A program made the position numbers and the translations under genes. From contig CAXSGP010000003.1 of assembly GCA_964236955.1 (NCBI GenBank), positions 1 through 64,000 on the forward strand: DNA of 64,000 nt. The letters run 5' to 3'. Below are positions 1-9,826 of the stretch, in pieces; within the stretch, counting starts at the first letter, position 1; every line of letters begins with the position of its first letter. Source of the DNA: an uncultured Oligoflexus sp. Lineage in GTDB: Bacteria > Bdellovibrionota_B > Oligoflexia > Oligoflexales > Oligoflexaceae. Below the pieces are notes generated by a model. That model was not told the origin of the DNA, ran no database searches, and saw only the letters and a list, made by a program, of their open reading frames with translations.

Positions 1-132
1 AATAAACTCCGCTTTTTTTCTGCCTCGCGCCTTGCCATCCCCATTTCCGGACAGGTACTAGTCTATATTAGAGAAAAACCCTGAAAAGTGAAACGATGAC
101 CTTGAAAGAACCGGCAACTTTTTTGAAATAGC

Positions 133-1101
133 CTAGCGCCTTTCATTTGATTCCACAGCTGCTGTGCTCTTGGGCCCACTCTTAACAAAGTTATTCGAAA
201 CGATGACACGCAAACCGTGCTTGACGATCTTAAAGCTAAATCCGCCATTGCCTATTTTCTCTCCGTCGGCCCGAACCGGCAATTCGCCGGGACCACGTAC
301 GGAGGCAACATGGTAGACCTGAAAGTACTCCTTTAAATGCTTTTGGGGACGGCGGAAGATAAACGAAAGAAGCAAGGCAAAATAGTGCTTCAGGGTTCTG
401 GCTTTAAAAACACAAACCTCGGCGATACCATCGTCGGACGCGATATTCTCTCCCCAACGCATCGTCGTGGCGCCCATGGAGCCGGCGTTGGTGACCATAA
501 TCGTCGACGCCCGACGAACGATCCGCTTGCCGTCAATAACGATCTCAAAGTTCCAGACTTTTTCTTTCAACATCAATTTTACAGCACTGAAGATGTACGC
601 GATGCGCCCATATCGCCGCTTCGACTCAGCGTTGGTATGAAGCGTGATCCAGGAATAGGTGCCGATGCTGATATGGCAAAGATAGGTCTTACCGTTGACC
701 TCGAGGACATCGACGGGCGTAACGATATCGCCGCTTAGCGCTAGCTCTGCAGCCTCCTTGATATTGGCGGGGATACTGTGTTCTTTCGCGAAAACATTGG
801 CCGTTCCACAGGGAATAGCTGAAAATATCTTATTTTGACGCCTGGCACAATCGGCCACCGCCGCCAGGGTACCGTCTCCACCAGCTGCGATAAAGACGTC
901 TGCATCGTTAGCTAAGGCTTTATTTTTAAGCTCCTGATCCAAGTCGATTCGATGGCTGAGTTCAATGAATTCCAAATTCTTGTCAAGAGCTGCCGCGCGC
1001 TCGATCATGAATGACTTTAAGCCAATAAGATCGGCGCTCCCTGATTTCTCATTTAAGACTACAATATAGTTACGAAAGCCATTTCCGGCGCGAGGGATCA
1101 T
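133..1101 (-). CDS. Diacylglycerol/lipid kinase family protein (YegS/BmrU-like)
   Basis: Motifs VLNEKSG, AGGDGT, IPCGTANVFA, ADGE. Start moved to ATG 1101 to avoid overlap with the divergent gene. Confidence 0.88.
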   Translation of the reverse strand: MIPRAGNGFRNYIVVLNEKSGSADLIGLKSFMIERAAALDKNLEFIELSHRIDLDQELKNKALANDADVFIAAGGDGTLAAVADCARRQNKIFSAIPCGTANVFAKEHSIPANIKEAAELALSGDIVTPVDVLEVNGKTYLCHISIGTYSWITLHTNAESKRRYGRIAYIFSAVKLMLKEKVWNFEIVIDGKRIVRRASTIMVTNAGSMGATTMRWGENIASDDGIAEVCVFKARTLKHYFALLLSFIFRRPQKHLKEYFQVYHVASVRGPGELPVRADGEKIGNGGFSFKIVKHGLRVIVSNNFVKSGPKSTAAVESNERR

Positions 1102-1176
1102 GTTTTCATTCGGATCGGCTTTTGGGTATGATGCGGAAAGGCTGGGGCCGACTGTCTTTGAGTTAAAGGAATCGCC

Positions 1177-2043
1177 ATGAGACTTGTTCATATTTCGGAT
1201 CTCCATTTTGGTCCTCTCTACGATGCAGAGGTGGGCGAGCGCCTTCTCTTCAGTATTGCCGGACTCAAGGCAAAAAGCCTGGTGGTAAGTGGTGACATGA
1301 CACAACGAGCGACTCGGAGTCAATTCATAGCGGCAGCTGAATGGTTAAAACGTGCAAGTCAAGTCGTTGAAAATATTGTGATATGTCCCGGGAACCACGA
1401 TATTCCTATGTTTCGCGTTTGGGAGCGCGTGGTGCAGCCGTTTCACCTTTATCAAGAATATATTCATCCGGAACTTGACCAGATTTTCTATGGCGATGAC
1501 GTAACCATCGTTTCTTTGAACAGTGTACGGCCATGGTCACGCTTAGTGCAGGGAAAATTAAGCCGCAAACAATTTTTGATGACGGCTCAGGGGTTTGCGA
1601 AGAGTGATGAGGACAAAGTTCATATCCTGATGTTTCATCATCCGCTGATTAGCTTTCAAAAGCAGTATCATCATCCGGGCCTAGATGTGCGGTGGCAGGA
1701 TATTTCAAGGGGAGAGCGTGTTGATTTGGTTTTGACGGGGCATTTGCACGATGCAGACGTTCAACTGATGCATGACGAGGCCACGGGCAGGCCTATGCTT
1801 ATGGTTTCCTGCGGAACTTCGGCATCCAGACGCGGACGAGGGAAAGATGCCGGTCGAAATAGCTTTAATGTGATCGATGGTTCGCGTAGCAACGTCGCCG
1901 TCCAAACTTATTACTACAATACGGAGAGCAAGGCCTTTGCACTGAGCGAAGAGGCTAGCTTCGACCTGACGAAAAATATTTCTGTGGCAAATATACTTCC
2001 AACCTATCATGGAGTTGGCTCAGAATCTGAAGCTAAAAATTGA
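1177..2043 (+). CDS. Calcineurin-like metallophosphoesterase (Icc/CpdA-like)
   Basis: Motifs SDLH, SGD, PGNHD, HHP, GHLH; AAGGA RBS. Confidence 0.9.
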   Translation: MRLVHISDLHFGPLYDAEVGERLLFSIAGLKAKSLVVSGDMTQRATRSQFIAAAEWLKRASQVVENIVICPGNHDIPMFRVWERVVQPFHLYQEYIHPELDQIFYGDDVTIVSLNSVRPWSRLVQGKLSRKQFLMTAQGFAKSDEDKVHILMFHHPLISFQKQYHHPGLDVRWQDISRGERVDLVLTGHLHDADVQLMHDEATGRPMLMVSCGTSASRRGRGKDAGRNSFNVIDGSRSNVAVQTYYYNTESKAFALSEEASFDLTKNISVANILPTYHGVGSESEAKN

Positions 2044-2280
2044 CCGGGTAACCTCATGCTTCTGCCGTTGAATCGATTTTTCAATGTTAGCCCTTTCGAA
2101 GGCCAAAGGGATATTCCTTGCCATTGACTCTTGATAGGAAACGTCGCCTGGATAGAAGGGTTTGAGGGGGGCGGCGGTGGCTGCTGTTTTAATAAAACTC
2201 ATCCTGACAGGGGAACTTTTGACAGCTGCTTGAAGGGAAGAGACAGTGCCTAACGAAAGGACAAATAGAATTGCTTTCAT
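2020..2280 (-). CDS. Small secreted hypothetical protein
   Basis: Signal-peptide-like N-terminus; AGGA upstream. Confidence 0.55.
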   Translation of the reverse strand: MKAILFVLSLGTVSSLQAAVKSSPVRMSFIKTAATAAPLKPFYPGDVSYQESMARNIPLAFERANIEKSIQRQKHEVTRSIFSFRF

Positions 2281-2389
2281 GGGTTTTCATCCTAAGATCT
2301 GAAAGTGGGCCCGCTGGCGCGGGAGGTTTCGATCTCAGGACGTCAAGCTTAGCCCTTTATTGCAGCGAGGCGGTCATCAAAGGTTGGGG

Positions 2390-3277
2390 TTAAAGAGGCC
2401 TGATCACATAGCCATCTTGTTCCAGTAATTTTAAAAGACCCTTGGGTCCTGCAAAATGAGCCGCGCCGACCGCAATAAGGGTACGCTGTTTGCCCGCAAG
2501 TTTAGGCAAGCTTTGCCTCCAGTTTTGATTTCGTTCGTCAAGCAATACGGCCCTTATTTCCTTGGGAACTTCTTCCAGCAAGTCATCCAGCGCCTTGCTA
2601 TCGCCATTTTTAAAGGTCTCTTTCATGTGGGCATATTCACCGCTTTCGGCATCCCATTCGTCGATCATTTTCTGCAAAGCTTCGACGGTGAAAACGGCTT
2701 TGAGAAATCCAAGCTGCTCTCGATTCGTCTCAAAGGTCAGGGTTTTCTTTCCCATGGCTTGGGAACGTTCAAAAATAATCTGATCGATAGCAAGCTGGCC
2801 TTCCGCTATTGCCTGATCTTCTTTGGCCTGGAGCTGGAGGAGGAGAGCACCAGCGGCCAATAGGCTGAGTGGCTTCAACTGCTCTTCAGACATCGCCGAG
2901 CCGCCGTTCGCCAAGATCTCACTCAAATGGCGCCAATGCTTTGCCCCTAACTGTTTCGACAGGTCATAATCTTTGGGGGCGGTCATAAAACTTTGCATAA
3001 GTGCGGGGTCTTGATGGGTCATGTCAGTTTCAACGATGACGGTATCGGCGTCTTTAAGACGAGCCCAGAGTTTAGGATCCATGTCTTTGGGACCAATGCC
3101 TATGTGCATAGTTCCTACCAGCGTTAAAGTTTGCTGGCCTCGTTTGGCCTCCCACAAAAAACTTTGACGGGCCGGCTGGACGGTGACAGCCGACGGTACG
3201 GGCGTCACGCAATGGGGCAGGAGACTCCAAACACTTAGAATTACAAAGAGGCTGAACTTTGAGAGGCCACGAAACAT
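2390..3277 (-). CDS. TraB/GumN family protein
   Basis: Motifs LWEAK..LVGTMH, FET..EQL, LLDERN..W, AVGAAHF.G..GLL.LL..GY. Confidence 0.9.
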   Translation of the reverse strand: MFRGLSKFSLFVILSVWSLLPHCVTPVPSAVTVQPARQSFLWEAKRGQQTLTLVGTMHIGIGPKDMDPKLWARLKDADTVIVETDMTHQDPALMQSFMTAPKDYDLSKQLGAKHWRHLSEILANGGSAMSEEQLKPLSLLAAGALLLQLQAKEDQAIAEGQLAIDQIIFERSQAMGKKTLTFETNREQLGFLKAVFTVEALQKMIDEWDAESGEYAHMKETFKNGDSKALDDLLEEVPKEIRAVLLDERNQNWRQSLPKLAGKQRTLIAVGAAHFAGPKGLLKLLEQDGYVIRPL

Positions 3278-3392
3278 AAGGAATCCTCTAGGGTCTTAGG
3301 CTTATTCTTGATCCAAATTGATCAAAAGCTTATTATGATTGGCGAATGAGTGCTATTGCGTCGATATCTACAGACTAAGGGGATAAATCCAC

Positions 3393-3545
3393 ATGATGTT
3401 TTCGTCCAAAGATCTACGCGTTGAATCAGCCGCAGACTTCATGGATATCGTTCCAATATTCATTTTCTGTGCTTTTATCGGTCCTTTCATCCTCGTGGCG
3501 TACACAGTTGGTGCGATCTCGGACCTCGTTGGCTGGTTGGACTAA
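3393..3545 (+). CDS. Small (50 aa) membrane protein, not in the ORF track
   Basis: MMFSSKDLRVESAADFMDIVPIFIFCAFIGPFILVAYTVGAISDLVGWLD; AAGGGG RBS; downstream hairpins. Confidence 0.55.
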   Translation: MMFSSKDLRVESAADFMDIVPIFIFCAFIGPFILVAYTVGAISDLVGWLD

Positions 3546-3626
3546 GTCTGGTTGGGCCTTAGGCAAGGGTACGAGCCTTGCCGTTAGGAGCTTGGTCGCG
3601 CAGAGGCTCAAGAGGCGCTATGAATA

Positions 3627-3652
3627 GGGCTGAGGGTTTCCTCAGCCTTTTC
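3627..3652 (+). terminator. Intrinsic terminator
   Basis: ggctgagg-gttt-cctcagcc followed by tttt. Confidence 0.5.
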
Positions 3653-3696
3653 CCTATCCTATACCTATGAATATTTGATTTAAAAGGAAATTAACC

Positions 3697-3993
3697 ATGC
3701 TGAGGCAAACCCAAAGTTCCGTTCGCTTGAGTCTTTGGGTGCCTGTCATAGCATCGCTCGCCATCCTCGGTTCGATGAATGAAATTTTGCACGCGACTGT
3801 CGGAACTCCTATTCCTACTTTAATTTTCGGCTCTATTGCATTCGCGGCTCTTGGATTCTGGATGGCGCGCGAGACGAAGACAGTGGCGATGGAAGCGTCA
3901 ACAATGAAAAGGTGGTTTAGAAGTTTTGCTGCATTTTACATTGTTTTTTCCTTGATTCTTACTTCTATAGCAATTTATTTGTCTGCCCATTAA
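3697..3993 (+). CDS. Small membrane protein (about 3 TM)
   Basis: AAGGA RBS; three hydrophobic segments. Confidence 0.65.
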   Translation: MLRQTQSSVRLSLWVPVIASLAILGSMNEILHATVGTPIPTLIFGSIAFAALGFWMARETKTVAMEASTMKRWFRSFAAFYIVFSLILTSIAIYLSAH

Positions 3994-4302
3994 AAAAAAA
4001 CCTATTTTCCCAGCCACTATGCGAATTTTGAAGAATCAACCACGGTTCTGAAACTTTTTTATTAAAAAATTGCCCAAAAATGTTTGACGAGATAAAAAAG
4101 AAAAAGCGTAGAATCCGCTCGCAAAAGTCTATCGAGATGGATAAACGATTCGCGGTGAATTCTACGCAATTTCTTCAGATTATTCAGGTAAGAGTCAGGA
4201 AAATTCTACTCTGTTCTTTCGCTACAATGGTTGATCTTTATCAAGGCCTCAAATCTCGATGAGTCTTTTACAGAGCAACCCGCCTTGATTTAAGTGTGTG
4301 GC

Positions 4303-4935
4303 TTAAGCTGCAGGGGGAGTGCCAGCGGCTGCTCCACCCAATCCACCAAGACCACCCAAGAGTCCGCCGATCAGATCATTGATTTGACCAATTATTTTGT
4401 TCAATCCCAAGAGGCCGGTAAGTGGGTTATCGAGCAGATGGGAAACGCCACAGAGAAGGTTACCGAGAAGGTTGCCTCCACCTGGGACAGCATTAACCAG
4501 AAGGTCAACTGGAGCCAAGTCAACGACTAGACCAAGCACGTCAAGGTGCAAGGCATCAAGATTAAGTGTAACGATATCACAGGCACCGCTTGGAGAAACG
4601 ATTTGAGTCGGTATGCCTTGAGTAACGGGCTGATTCACTTGAGTGGGTTGTGCACCACCTAGAGGAGAAGTTGCTGTACCGGCAACGTTACCGATAGCTA
4701 GCAACTTGCCAGCGCTATCAACCGCAAATTTGGTAATTGAGAAAATACCGTTAAATTGTCCACCGTCTGGGAGGGTTCCATTTACTGGGACATTGAGAGC
4801 TCCACCCTGTAATGCAGAGGCAATGTCCGATGTCATATCGCGGTCACCATCTACAACCGATGGTGTTGCGGCCTGAAGGGTGCCGACGTTTAGTGATAGG
4901 AGAGCTAGACCCATTGCCAATGTGATGTTTTTCAT
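4303..4935 (-). CDS. Secreted protein with a C..L.L..L.L.VLGL.V.L..V.L...A.PG.GNLLGNLLC motif, function unknown
   Basis: Signal peptide; AAGGAG RBS; Leu/Gly-rich motif bracketed by two Cys. Confidence 0.8.
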   Translation of the reverse strand: MKNITLAMGLALLSLNVGTLQAATPSVVDGDRDMTSDIASALQGGALNVPVNGTLPDGGQFNGIFSITKFAVDSAGKLLAIGNVAGTATSPLGGAQPTQVNQPVTQGIPTQIVSPSGACDIVTLNLDALHLDVLGLVVDLAPVDLLVNAVPGGGNLLGNLLCGVSHLLDNPLTGLLGLNKIIGQINDLIGGLLGGLGGLGGAAAGTPPAA

Positions 4936-5393
4936 ACTTTACTCCTTAGACTTGGTTTGGAACTGCACATTAAACCGTGTGCGTAGTTTCAATAAAGACC
5001 ATTCATAAAGAAAAGGGAACATGCCGAAAAAAGACCCAGCTGCTTTACAAAGCCGGAAACGCACGCCGGTACTGAGTTCCATAAAATAAAAAAAGAAACT
5101 TGCATCTTTTTTGGTAAGTAAAATTTCTTGGAGAAATGGGGGACCTATGAACGGCAAGGCCTTGGCGATTCATAGCTGCATAGGAGGGGACGAATTGAAT
5201 TCACAGCTTAAAGAGTTTTGAACAATTGTGGCGGCTAAAATAAGGAAAATATTATCGTGATAATTTAGTTATGAAATATATAGCCAAATAATTAGGAACG
5301 GGGTGAAATATTACTCCGATGTCATTTCGTAAATTCTTTGTATAAAAAAGGCCAGGGTTTTAAACCCCGGCACCCGTGCCTTTATTTATCGCT

Positions 5394-5984
5394 CTACTTT
5401 AACAGCTGTTCCGCATATTTTGCCAAGAGTTCACTGCTGACTGGACCTGCTTCCTTATGGATCACGCGGCCGGTGCGGTCGATGAAGAAGGTCTCGGGTA
5501 CTCCGGTCACTCCATAATCAATCGCTGCCTTGCCGTCTTCAGAATCAAGTCCGAGCATGTAGGTCTTGCCATACTTACGGGCAAACGCCAAAGCCGCTTC
5601 TGTACTATCCTGGATTGCTATGCCGGCGACGACGATGCCTTTGTCTTTATAGCGTTGCCAAAAAGCTTCAAAGTCTGCGGCTTCAGCCTGGCAGCTGTAA
5701 CACCAGCTTGCCCAGAAATTCAAGATTATCGGTCGGCCTTTAAATTCAGCGAGACTAAAGCCTTCGGGACGAGGCGAAGTCATGTGCTCTTGCCCCTGCA
5801 CCCATTTCACCTGAAACCCCAACGCTTCTTTATCGAGGAGAGCGGAGGGAATCTTATTCGGATCTGAGTTTAATCCGCGCCACAGAATTGAGAGAAAGAG
5901 CATCGAGACAACGACAAAAACGCCGCCGATGATTATAGCCTTTTTGCCAGGGCCCGGAAGGACGACTTTCTCTTGGCTTTGCAT
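5394..5984 (-). CDS. ccmG: Thiol:disulfide oxidoreductase CcmG/DsbE (TlpA family)
   Basis: N-terminal TM; NFWASWCYSC; YGVTGVPETFFID; follows ccmE. Start ATG 5984 with AAGGAG RBS. Confidence 0.85.
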   Translation of the reverse strand: MQSQEKVVLPGPGKKAIIIGGVFVVVSMLFLSILWRGLNSDPNKIPSALLDKEALGFQVKWVQGQEHMTSPRPEGFSLAEFKGRPIILNFWASWCYSCQAEAADFEAFWQRYKDKGIVVAGIAIQDSTEAALAFARKYGKTYMLGLDSEDGKAAIDYGVTGVPETFFIDRTGRVIHKEAGPVSSELLAKYAEQLLK

Positions 5985-5988
5985 GGAA

Positions 5989-6438
5989 TTATTGCTCCTT
6001 GAACATTGACGATTCAATCAACTGCTTATCTACTGAATGGGTTCCATCGGGCTTTTTATACTCTTCGGAATGTTTAACCATCAGTTTCTGAGAAACCATC
6101 GAAGCGCCATCAGCTGCGATATGCCCCTCAACTACCACTCCGGAGTTCTCTTTGAACATATCCGGTGGATTGCCCTTATGGGCAACTTTGATTTCATGGC
6201 CTTTTAGGTCCGATATTACAAAATCGAGCGCAAGGTCCTCTGGTTTCCAGACGACTGATCCCGCTTTCACCATACCACCAACTTTGATGGTCTTGGTATC
6301 AATGTCTTTCGCTTTAGCCTGGGCCTCGTCAGGGGTATAGAAATAAACGACGTTATCACCGAACTTGAGATTGGTGATCGCCAGCGAAGTGATGACGAGA
6401 ATACCGCCGCCTACCAGCCATTTCATAGGTATTTTCAT
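5989..6438 (-). CDS. ccmE: Heme chaperone CcmE
   Basis: YFYTP, VGGMV..GS, PDMFKE..GVVVEG, heme-binding KHSEEY (HxxxY). Confidence 0.95.
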   Translation of the reverse strand: MKIPMKWLVGGGILVITSLAITNLKFGDNVVYFYTPDEAQAKAKDIDTKTIKVGGMVKAGSVVWKPEDLALDFVISDLKGHEIKVAHKGNPPDMFKENSGVVVEGHIAADGASMVSQKLMVKHSEEYKKPDGTHSVDKQLIESSMFKEQ

Positions 6439-6590
6439 TTTTGGGAATCTCCTGAATGTAGAGCCTGATCCAGCGCCCGCAACTTGGTGCGGACTTTGAC
6501 TTGAACGGCACCATAAATGAGCAAGAGGACAATGCCAATGCCATAGGCAGCCACGATATAAGGGACGGGATCGGTTTGATTGCCGTACAT
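6435..6590 (-). CDS. ccmD: Heme exporter protein CcmD (51 aa), not in the ORF track
   Basis: MYGNQTDPVPYIVAAYGIGIVLLLIYGAVQVKVRTKLRALDQALHSGDSQK; GGAG RBS; lies between ccmC and ccmE; ATGA overlap with ccmE. Confidence 0.85.
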   Translation of the reverse strand: MYGNQTDPVPYIVAAYGIGIVLLLIYGAVQVKVRTKLRALDQALHSGDSQK

Positions 6591-6623
6591 GCTGTTACGT
6601 CTCCGGGATTTGCAGTTTTGATT

Positions 6624-7322
6624 TTAGTGATTATGAGTCTGGTGACTGTGTTCTTCAATTGACGCCTGGAGCTTGAGATTGACCGCCCGAACCCAGAGCA
6701 ACCATATGGCAACGAACAACATGGCAAAAAAACAAAGGAATAGGATGGACTTCATGTCAGGGTCCATCGTTGAGCCGCCCGCCCTCAGTAGGCTTGGGGG
6801 CTGATGCAAAGTGCGCCACCAGGTAACACTCTTATATATGACAGGGATATCGATCGCTATGACGAGACCTAAGGCCGCCGCCATGCGGTCCCTTTGCGGA
6901 CCCGGCACCATGCTGCTTGTGAAAATGAGATAGCCGGCATAAAGGAGGGCCAGAATGAGTGTCGTGGTGAGTCGGGCATCCCATGTCCACCAGACACCCC
7001 AAGTCGGTCGTCCCCAGATCGATCCTGTTATAAGAGTGATCACAGTAAACATCAGACCAACCTCGGCACAAGCCTTGGACCAGAGGGCAGCGGTCGGACT
7101 GCGCTTAAAAAGGGTCCAAAGACTAAAAATCAAGAGCACGCCCGAGGAGAGAAAGGCGGTAAATGCGGATGGCACATGGAAATAGATGATGCGATAGATA
7201 TTGCCTTGGGATGCGTCTTCCGGCGCAAATCGCAAGGCATAAAACCAGCAGAGGGCAGCAAAACCAAAAACAATGGCGCCCAGACCCATCGTCAGGCGAT
7301 CTTGTTTTCTCGCATCTATCAT
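6624..7322 (-). CDS. ccmC: Heme exporter CcmC
   Basis: IYFHVP; WWD motif WGRPTWGVWWTWDARLT; WWRTLHQ. Confidence 0.96.
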   Translation of the reverse strand: MIDARKQDRLTMGLGAIVFGFAALCWFYALRFAPEDASQGNIYRIIYFHVPSAFTAFLSSGVLLIFSLWTLFKRSPTAALWSKACAEVGLMFTVITLITGSIWGRPTWGVWWTWDARLTTTLILALLYAGYLIFTSSMVPGPQRDRMAAALGLVIAIDIPVIYKSVTWWRTLHQPPSLLRAGGSTMDPDMKSILFLCFFAMLFVAIWLLWVRAVNLKLQASIEEHSHQTHNH

Positions 7323-7348
7323 AGGCAAATCCCTTCAAGCAATAAGGT

Positions 7349-8044
7349 CTACTCTGGTTTTACCAGCTCGCCAAACAGCAATAGGCAAATAGTAAAGTAC
7401 ATTATACCAAAAATCGTCAGAAGTCCCAGCCAGGAACTCATTAAATAGCTCAAATCCTTTGCATCGACCAAGACAGCGCGACTCGATTCCACGGCGGAAA
7501 GCAGGACCGGAGTGGTAAGCGGAAAGTAAAGGAGAGGGTAAAGGATTTGTTTGGCATTCGAGCGTAACATCATCGTCGAGAGCAGAACGCCCAGAGCGCC
7601 AAGACTTAGCAGCGCTAATATCCCAATGATGAGAATCGAGCCGTTGAGAAGGCTGCTAGGCCCCTCATTAAGAAATAGATTAGAAAGGAAAAGGGTCGGC
7701 ACCAGTATCAGAAGTCCAAGCAGGATAACGAGGGTATATTTGCTTAAAAACCAAGCGCTTGGCGAAATAGGGTAGGTTCGAAGCTGATCAAAAACCTTAT
7801 CCTGCATATCGGGTTCAAGAACTCTTGAAAAAGCGATTTGAAGGGAGAAAAATGCTGTGATGAAGGTGGCCGCTATATAAAGCTGCGGGAGAAACTGAGC
7901 TTCAACTTTGCCAAAGGCAAACACGAAAAGAATGATCATGGTTGCCGAAAACAGCAGCGGCGAAAACCATCGCTCTGAATTCGACCATTCGACCTGAAGG
8001 GCCTGCCAGAGCAAAGCGCGAAATTGGATGAGAAATTTCTTCAC
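7349..8044 (-). CDS. ccmB: Heme exporter permease CcmB
   Basis: About 6 TM; LYPLLYFPLTTPVLL; lies between ccmA and ccmC. Confidence 0.9.
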   Translation of the reverse strand: MKKFLIQFRALLWQALQVEWSNSERWFSPLLFSATMIILFVFAFGKVEAQFLPQLYIAATFITAFFSLQIAFSRVLEPDMQDKVFDQLRTYPISPSAWFLSKYTLVILLGLLILVPTLFLSNLFLNEGPSSLLNGSILIIGILALLSLGALGVLLSTMMLRSNAKQILYPLLYFPLTTPVLLSAVESSRAVLVDAKDLSYLMSSWLGLLTIFGIMYFTICLLLFGELVKPE

Positions 8045-8679
8045 GCTTTGACCTCCTTCAACAGGTCGAGTCTACGAACCGAAAACTTCTCGAGAGGCGC
8101 GATGTCGTGACTGACGATCACCGTAATGCCTCCCCTTTGAAGGTGGTTGTCCAGTAGCGCCTGAAAAGTCTCTATGCCGCGCGTATCCAGCCCATAGAGC
8201 GGTTCGTCGAGCAGCCAACAGGGGGTTTCCGAAAGTTCAAGGCGGGCGAGGGCCAGCCGCCGCTTCATTCCCGTTGAAAAACTTTCGACCGGAAAATTTT
8301 CGCGAACCAAGGGATGATCGAGATCCCAGCGTTTCAGCGCCTGACGGATCGTGGCCTCCGACTGCTCAAGGGCTCTGAGGCCTCGCCAAAACCTAAGGTT
8401 GCTCATCGCATCCATTTTGCCAAAGAGGGCATTGGCCTCCGCCGGCAGGTATTCAACATGATCCCGACGATCAGCGGCCACCTTGCCGCCGGAAATTTTA
8501 TACTCGATCGTGCCGCTGGCCTCTTTGCGAAGTCCTGCCAGGATGCTCATAAGTGTGGTTTTGCCACTGCCGTTAGGGCCTGTAATATGCAATATCTCGC
8601 CCGGTAATGCCATGAAACTCAGGCGGGACAGGATGGTCTTATACTGATATCGAAAGCTGAGAAGTTTTATGTCGAGCAC
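8041..8679 (-). CDS. ccmA: Heme ABC exporter ATPase CcmA
   Basis: GPNGSGKTT, FSTGMKRRLALARL, WLLDEP; operon context. Confidence 0.9.
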   Translation of the reverse strand: MLDIKLLSFRYQYKTILSRLSFMALPGEILHITGPNGSGKTTLMSILAGLRKEASGTIEYKISGGKVAADRRDHVEYLPAEANALFGKMDAMSNLRFWRGLRALEQSEATIRQALKRWDLDHPLVRENFPVESFSTGMKRRLALARLELSETPCWLLDEPLYGLDTRGIETFQALLDNHLQRGGITVIVSHDIAPLEKFSVRRLDLLKEVKA

Positions 8680-8680
8680 T

Positions 8681-9826
8681 TCAATAGTCCACTATGTTAA
8701 TGCCGATGTTAACGATGCTTCTACGTTCTATCACGCGAATACTGCCAGCACCAATGTCTTCCGCGAAACTCGCTATCTGCGCGGTGAGTATGCCTAAATT
8801 TAAACCTGCGCCGTAACTTAGGCCGGCACTGGTGTAAGCGAAGCGAACGGCAAGGCCCGAGCTGGCTCCAAAGCGGTTGCCCATCGTAAATTCCGATGAG
8901 GCACGAAATTTATCACGCGAGGGTAAGTCGCGTTGGGTAATGTTCGTGGCTTCGGCCATGAGGTGAAGGGTGCCCCATGAACTTATGGGAGGCGAAATGC
9001 CAAGGCCGACCGTTATGTTTTCCTTATCGACTGCCGTTTCCTTGGTCTTATCAGCAGGCGAATATCGGGTCGATCCCACATCGTTGCCGACGATGCTAAT
9101 GCTGGGTCTCCAGGTCCTGGCAAAACGATAAAGCATCCCGATATTGATAGGCATTCCCTCGTAAGCTATCTTTCCTGAGGTCAAAGCTGCCTTTCGCCCT
9201 TCGTCTGACGCGAAGGTCGATGCTTCCATATCGGCTTTTGTTTCCGTAGACTTGAAGTAGGCGGCGGAAACACCTAAATAGAAATCGTTTTTTGGCGCAA
9301 TTGCGCTAAAGCCCAAGAAGGGACCACTCAAGGATTTGGATTCGACATGGATCTTTGGAGCCAAGGGATCTTCATCATTAAGAAAGGAAGCCGTTCGGCC
9401 GCGGATCGTGTAGCCGGCCATAAGCCGATTGAATATAAAAACCGGACTGGCCGAAAATCCGGCATAGGGCCTGGCACCGCCCCAGGCGCTGTCGAGCAAA
9501 GCGGCGACGGGTTTACTGTCAAGGTGATCGCCATTGAGTTCTTGAGTAAGAATCTTATTGCCACCCGGCGAGCTGATATTGCCAAGATAGGGTAAGAATA
9601 GATGGGTGAAGTAAGGGCCTTCGACTTTGTCCCGGAGGCCGCCAATCATCGCCGGATTGTAATAAAAGGCATCCAGGCCGTTTGCTATCGGGCTGAGGCA
9701 TTGGCCCAGCGCTGCAGCTCTTGCGCTTATCCAAGGAGTACCGTCAAAACCGGTGTTGAGGTCAAGGGGTGATGCCCATACGGGGCTTGAAATCAGGCTC
9801 ATAAAAATACCCCAAATCTTACTCAT
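8681..9826 (-). CDS. Probable outer-membrane beta-barrel protein (PorV/TraF/FadL-like N-terminus)
   Basis: Signal peptide; SARAAALG...A.G.DAFYYNPA plug motif; alternating beta-strand pattern. ATG 9826 overlaps the upstream stop. Confidence 0.65.
   Translation of the reverse strand: MSKIWGIFMSLISSPVWASPLDLNTGFDGTPWISARAAALGQCLSPIANGLDAFYYNPAMIGGLRDKVEGPYFTHLFLPYLGNISSPGGNKILTQELNGDHLDSKPVAALLDSAWGGARPYAGFSASPVFIFNRLMAGYTIRGRTASFLNDEDPLAPKIHVESKSLSGPFLGFSAIAPKNDFYLGVSAAYFKSTETKADMEASTFASDEGRKAALTSGKIAYEGMPINIGMLYRFARTWRPSISIVGNDVGSTRYSPADKTKETAVDKENITVGLGISPPISSWGTLHLMAEATNITQRDLPSRDKFRASSEFTMGNRFGASSGLAVRFAYTSAGLSYGAGLNLGILTAQIASFAEDIGAGSIRVIERRSIVNIGINIVDY

Noticed and set aside
1102..1323. 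N-terminal extension of the lipid kinase ORF
   Set aside because: Overlaps the divergent phosphoesterase; family similarity begins after ATG 1101
3421..3627. 68-aa (+) and 61-aa (-) ORFs
   Set aside because: TTG starts without an RBS, and they run through hairpins; the 3393 ORF is better supported
6356..6727. 123-aa minus-strand ORF between ccmC and ccmE
   Set aside because: Wrong frame; the 51-aa ccmD ORF explains the gap
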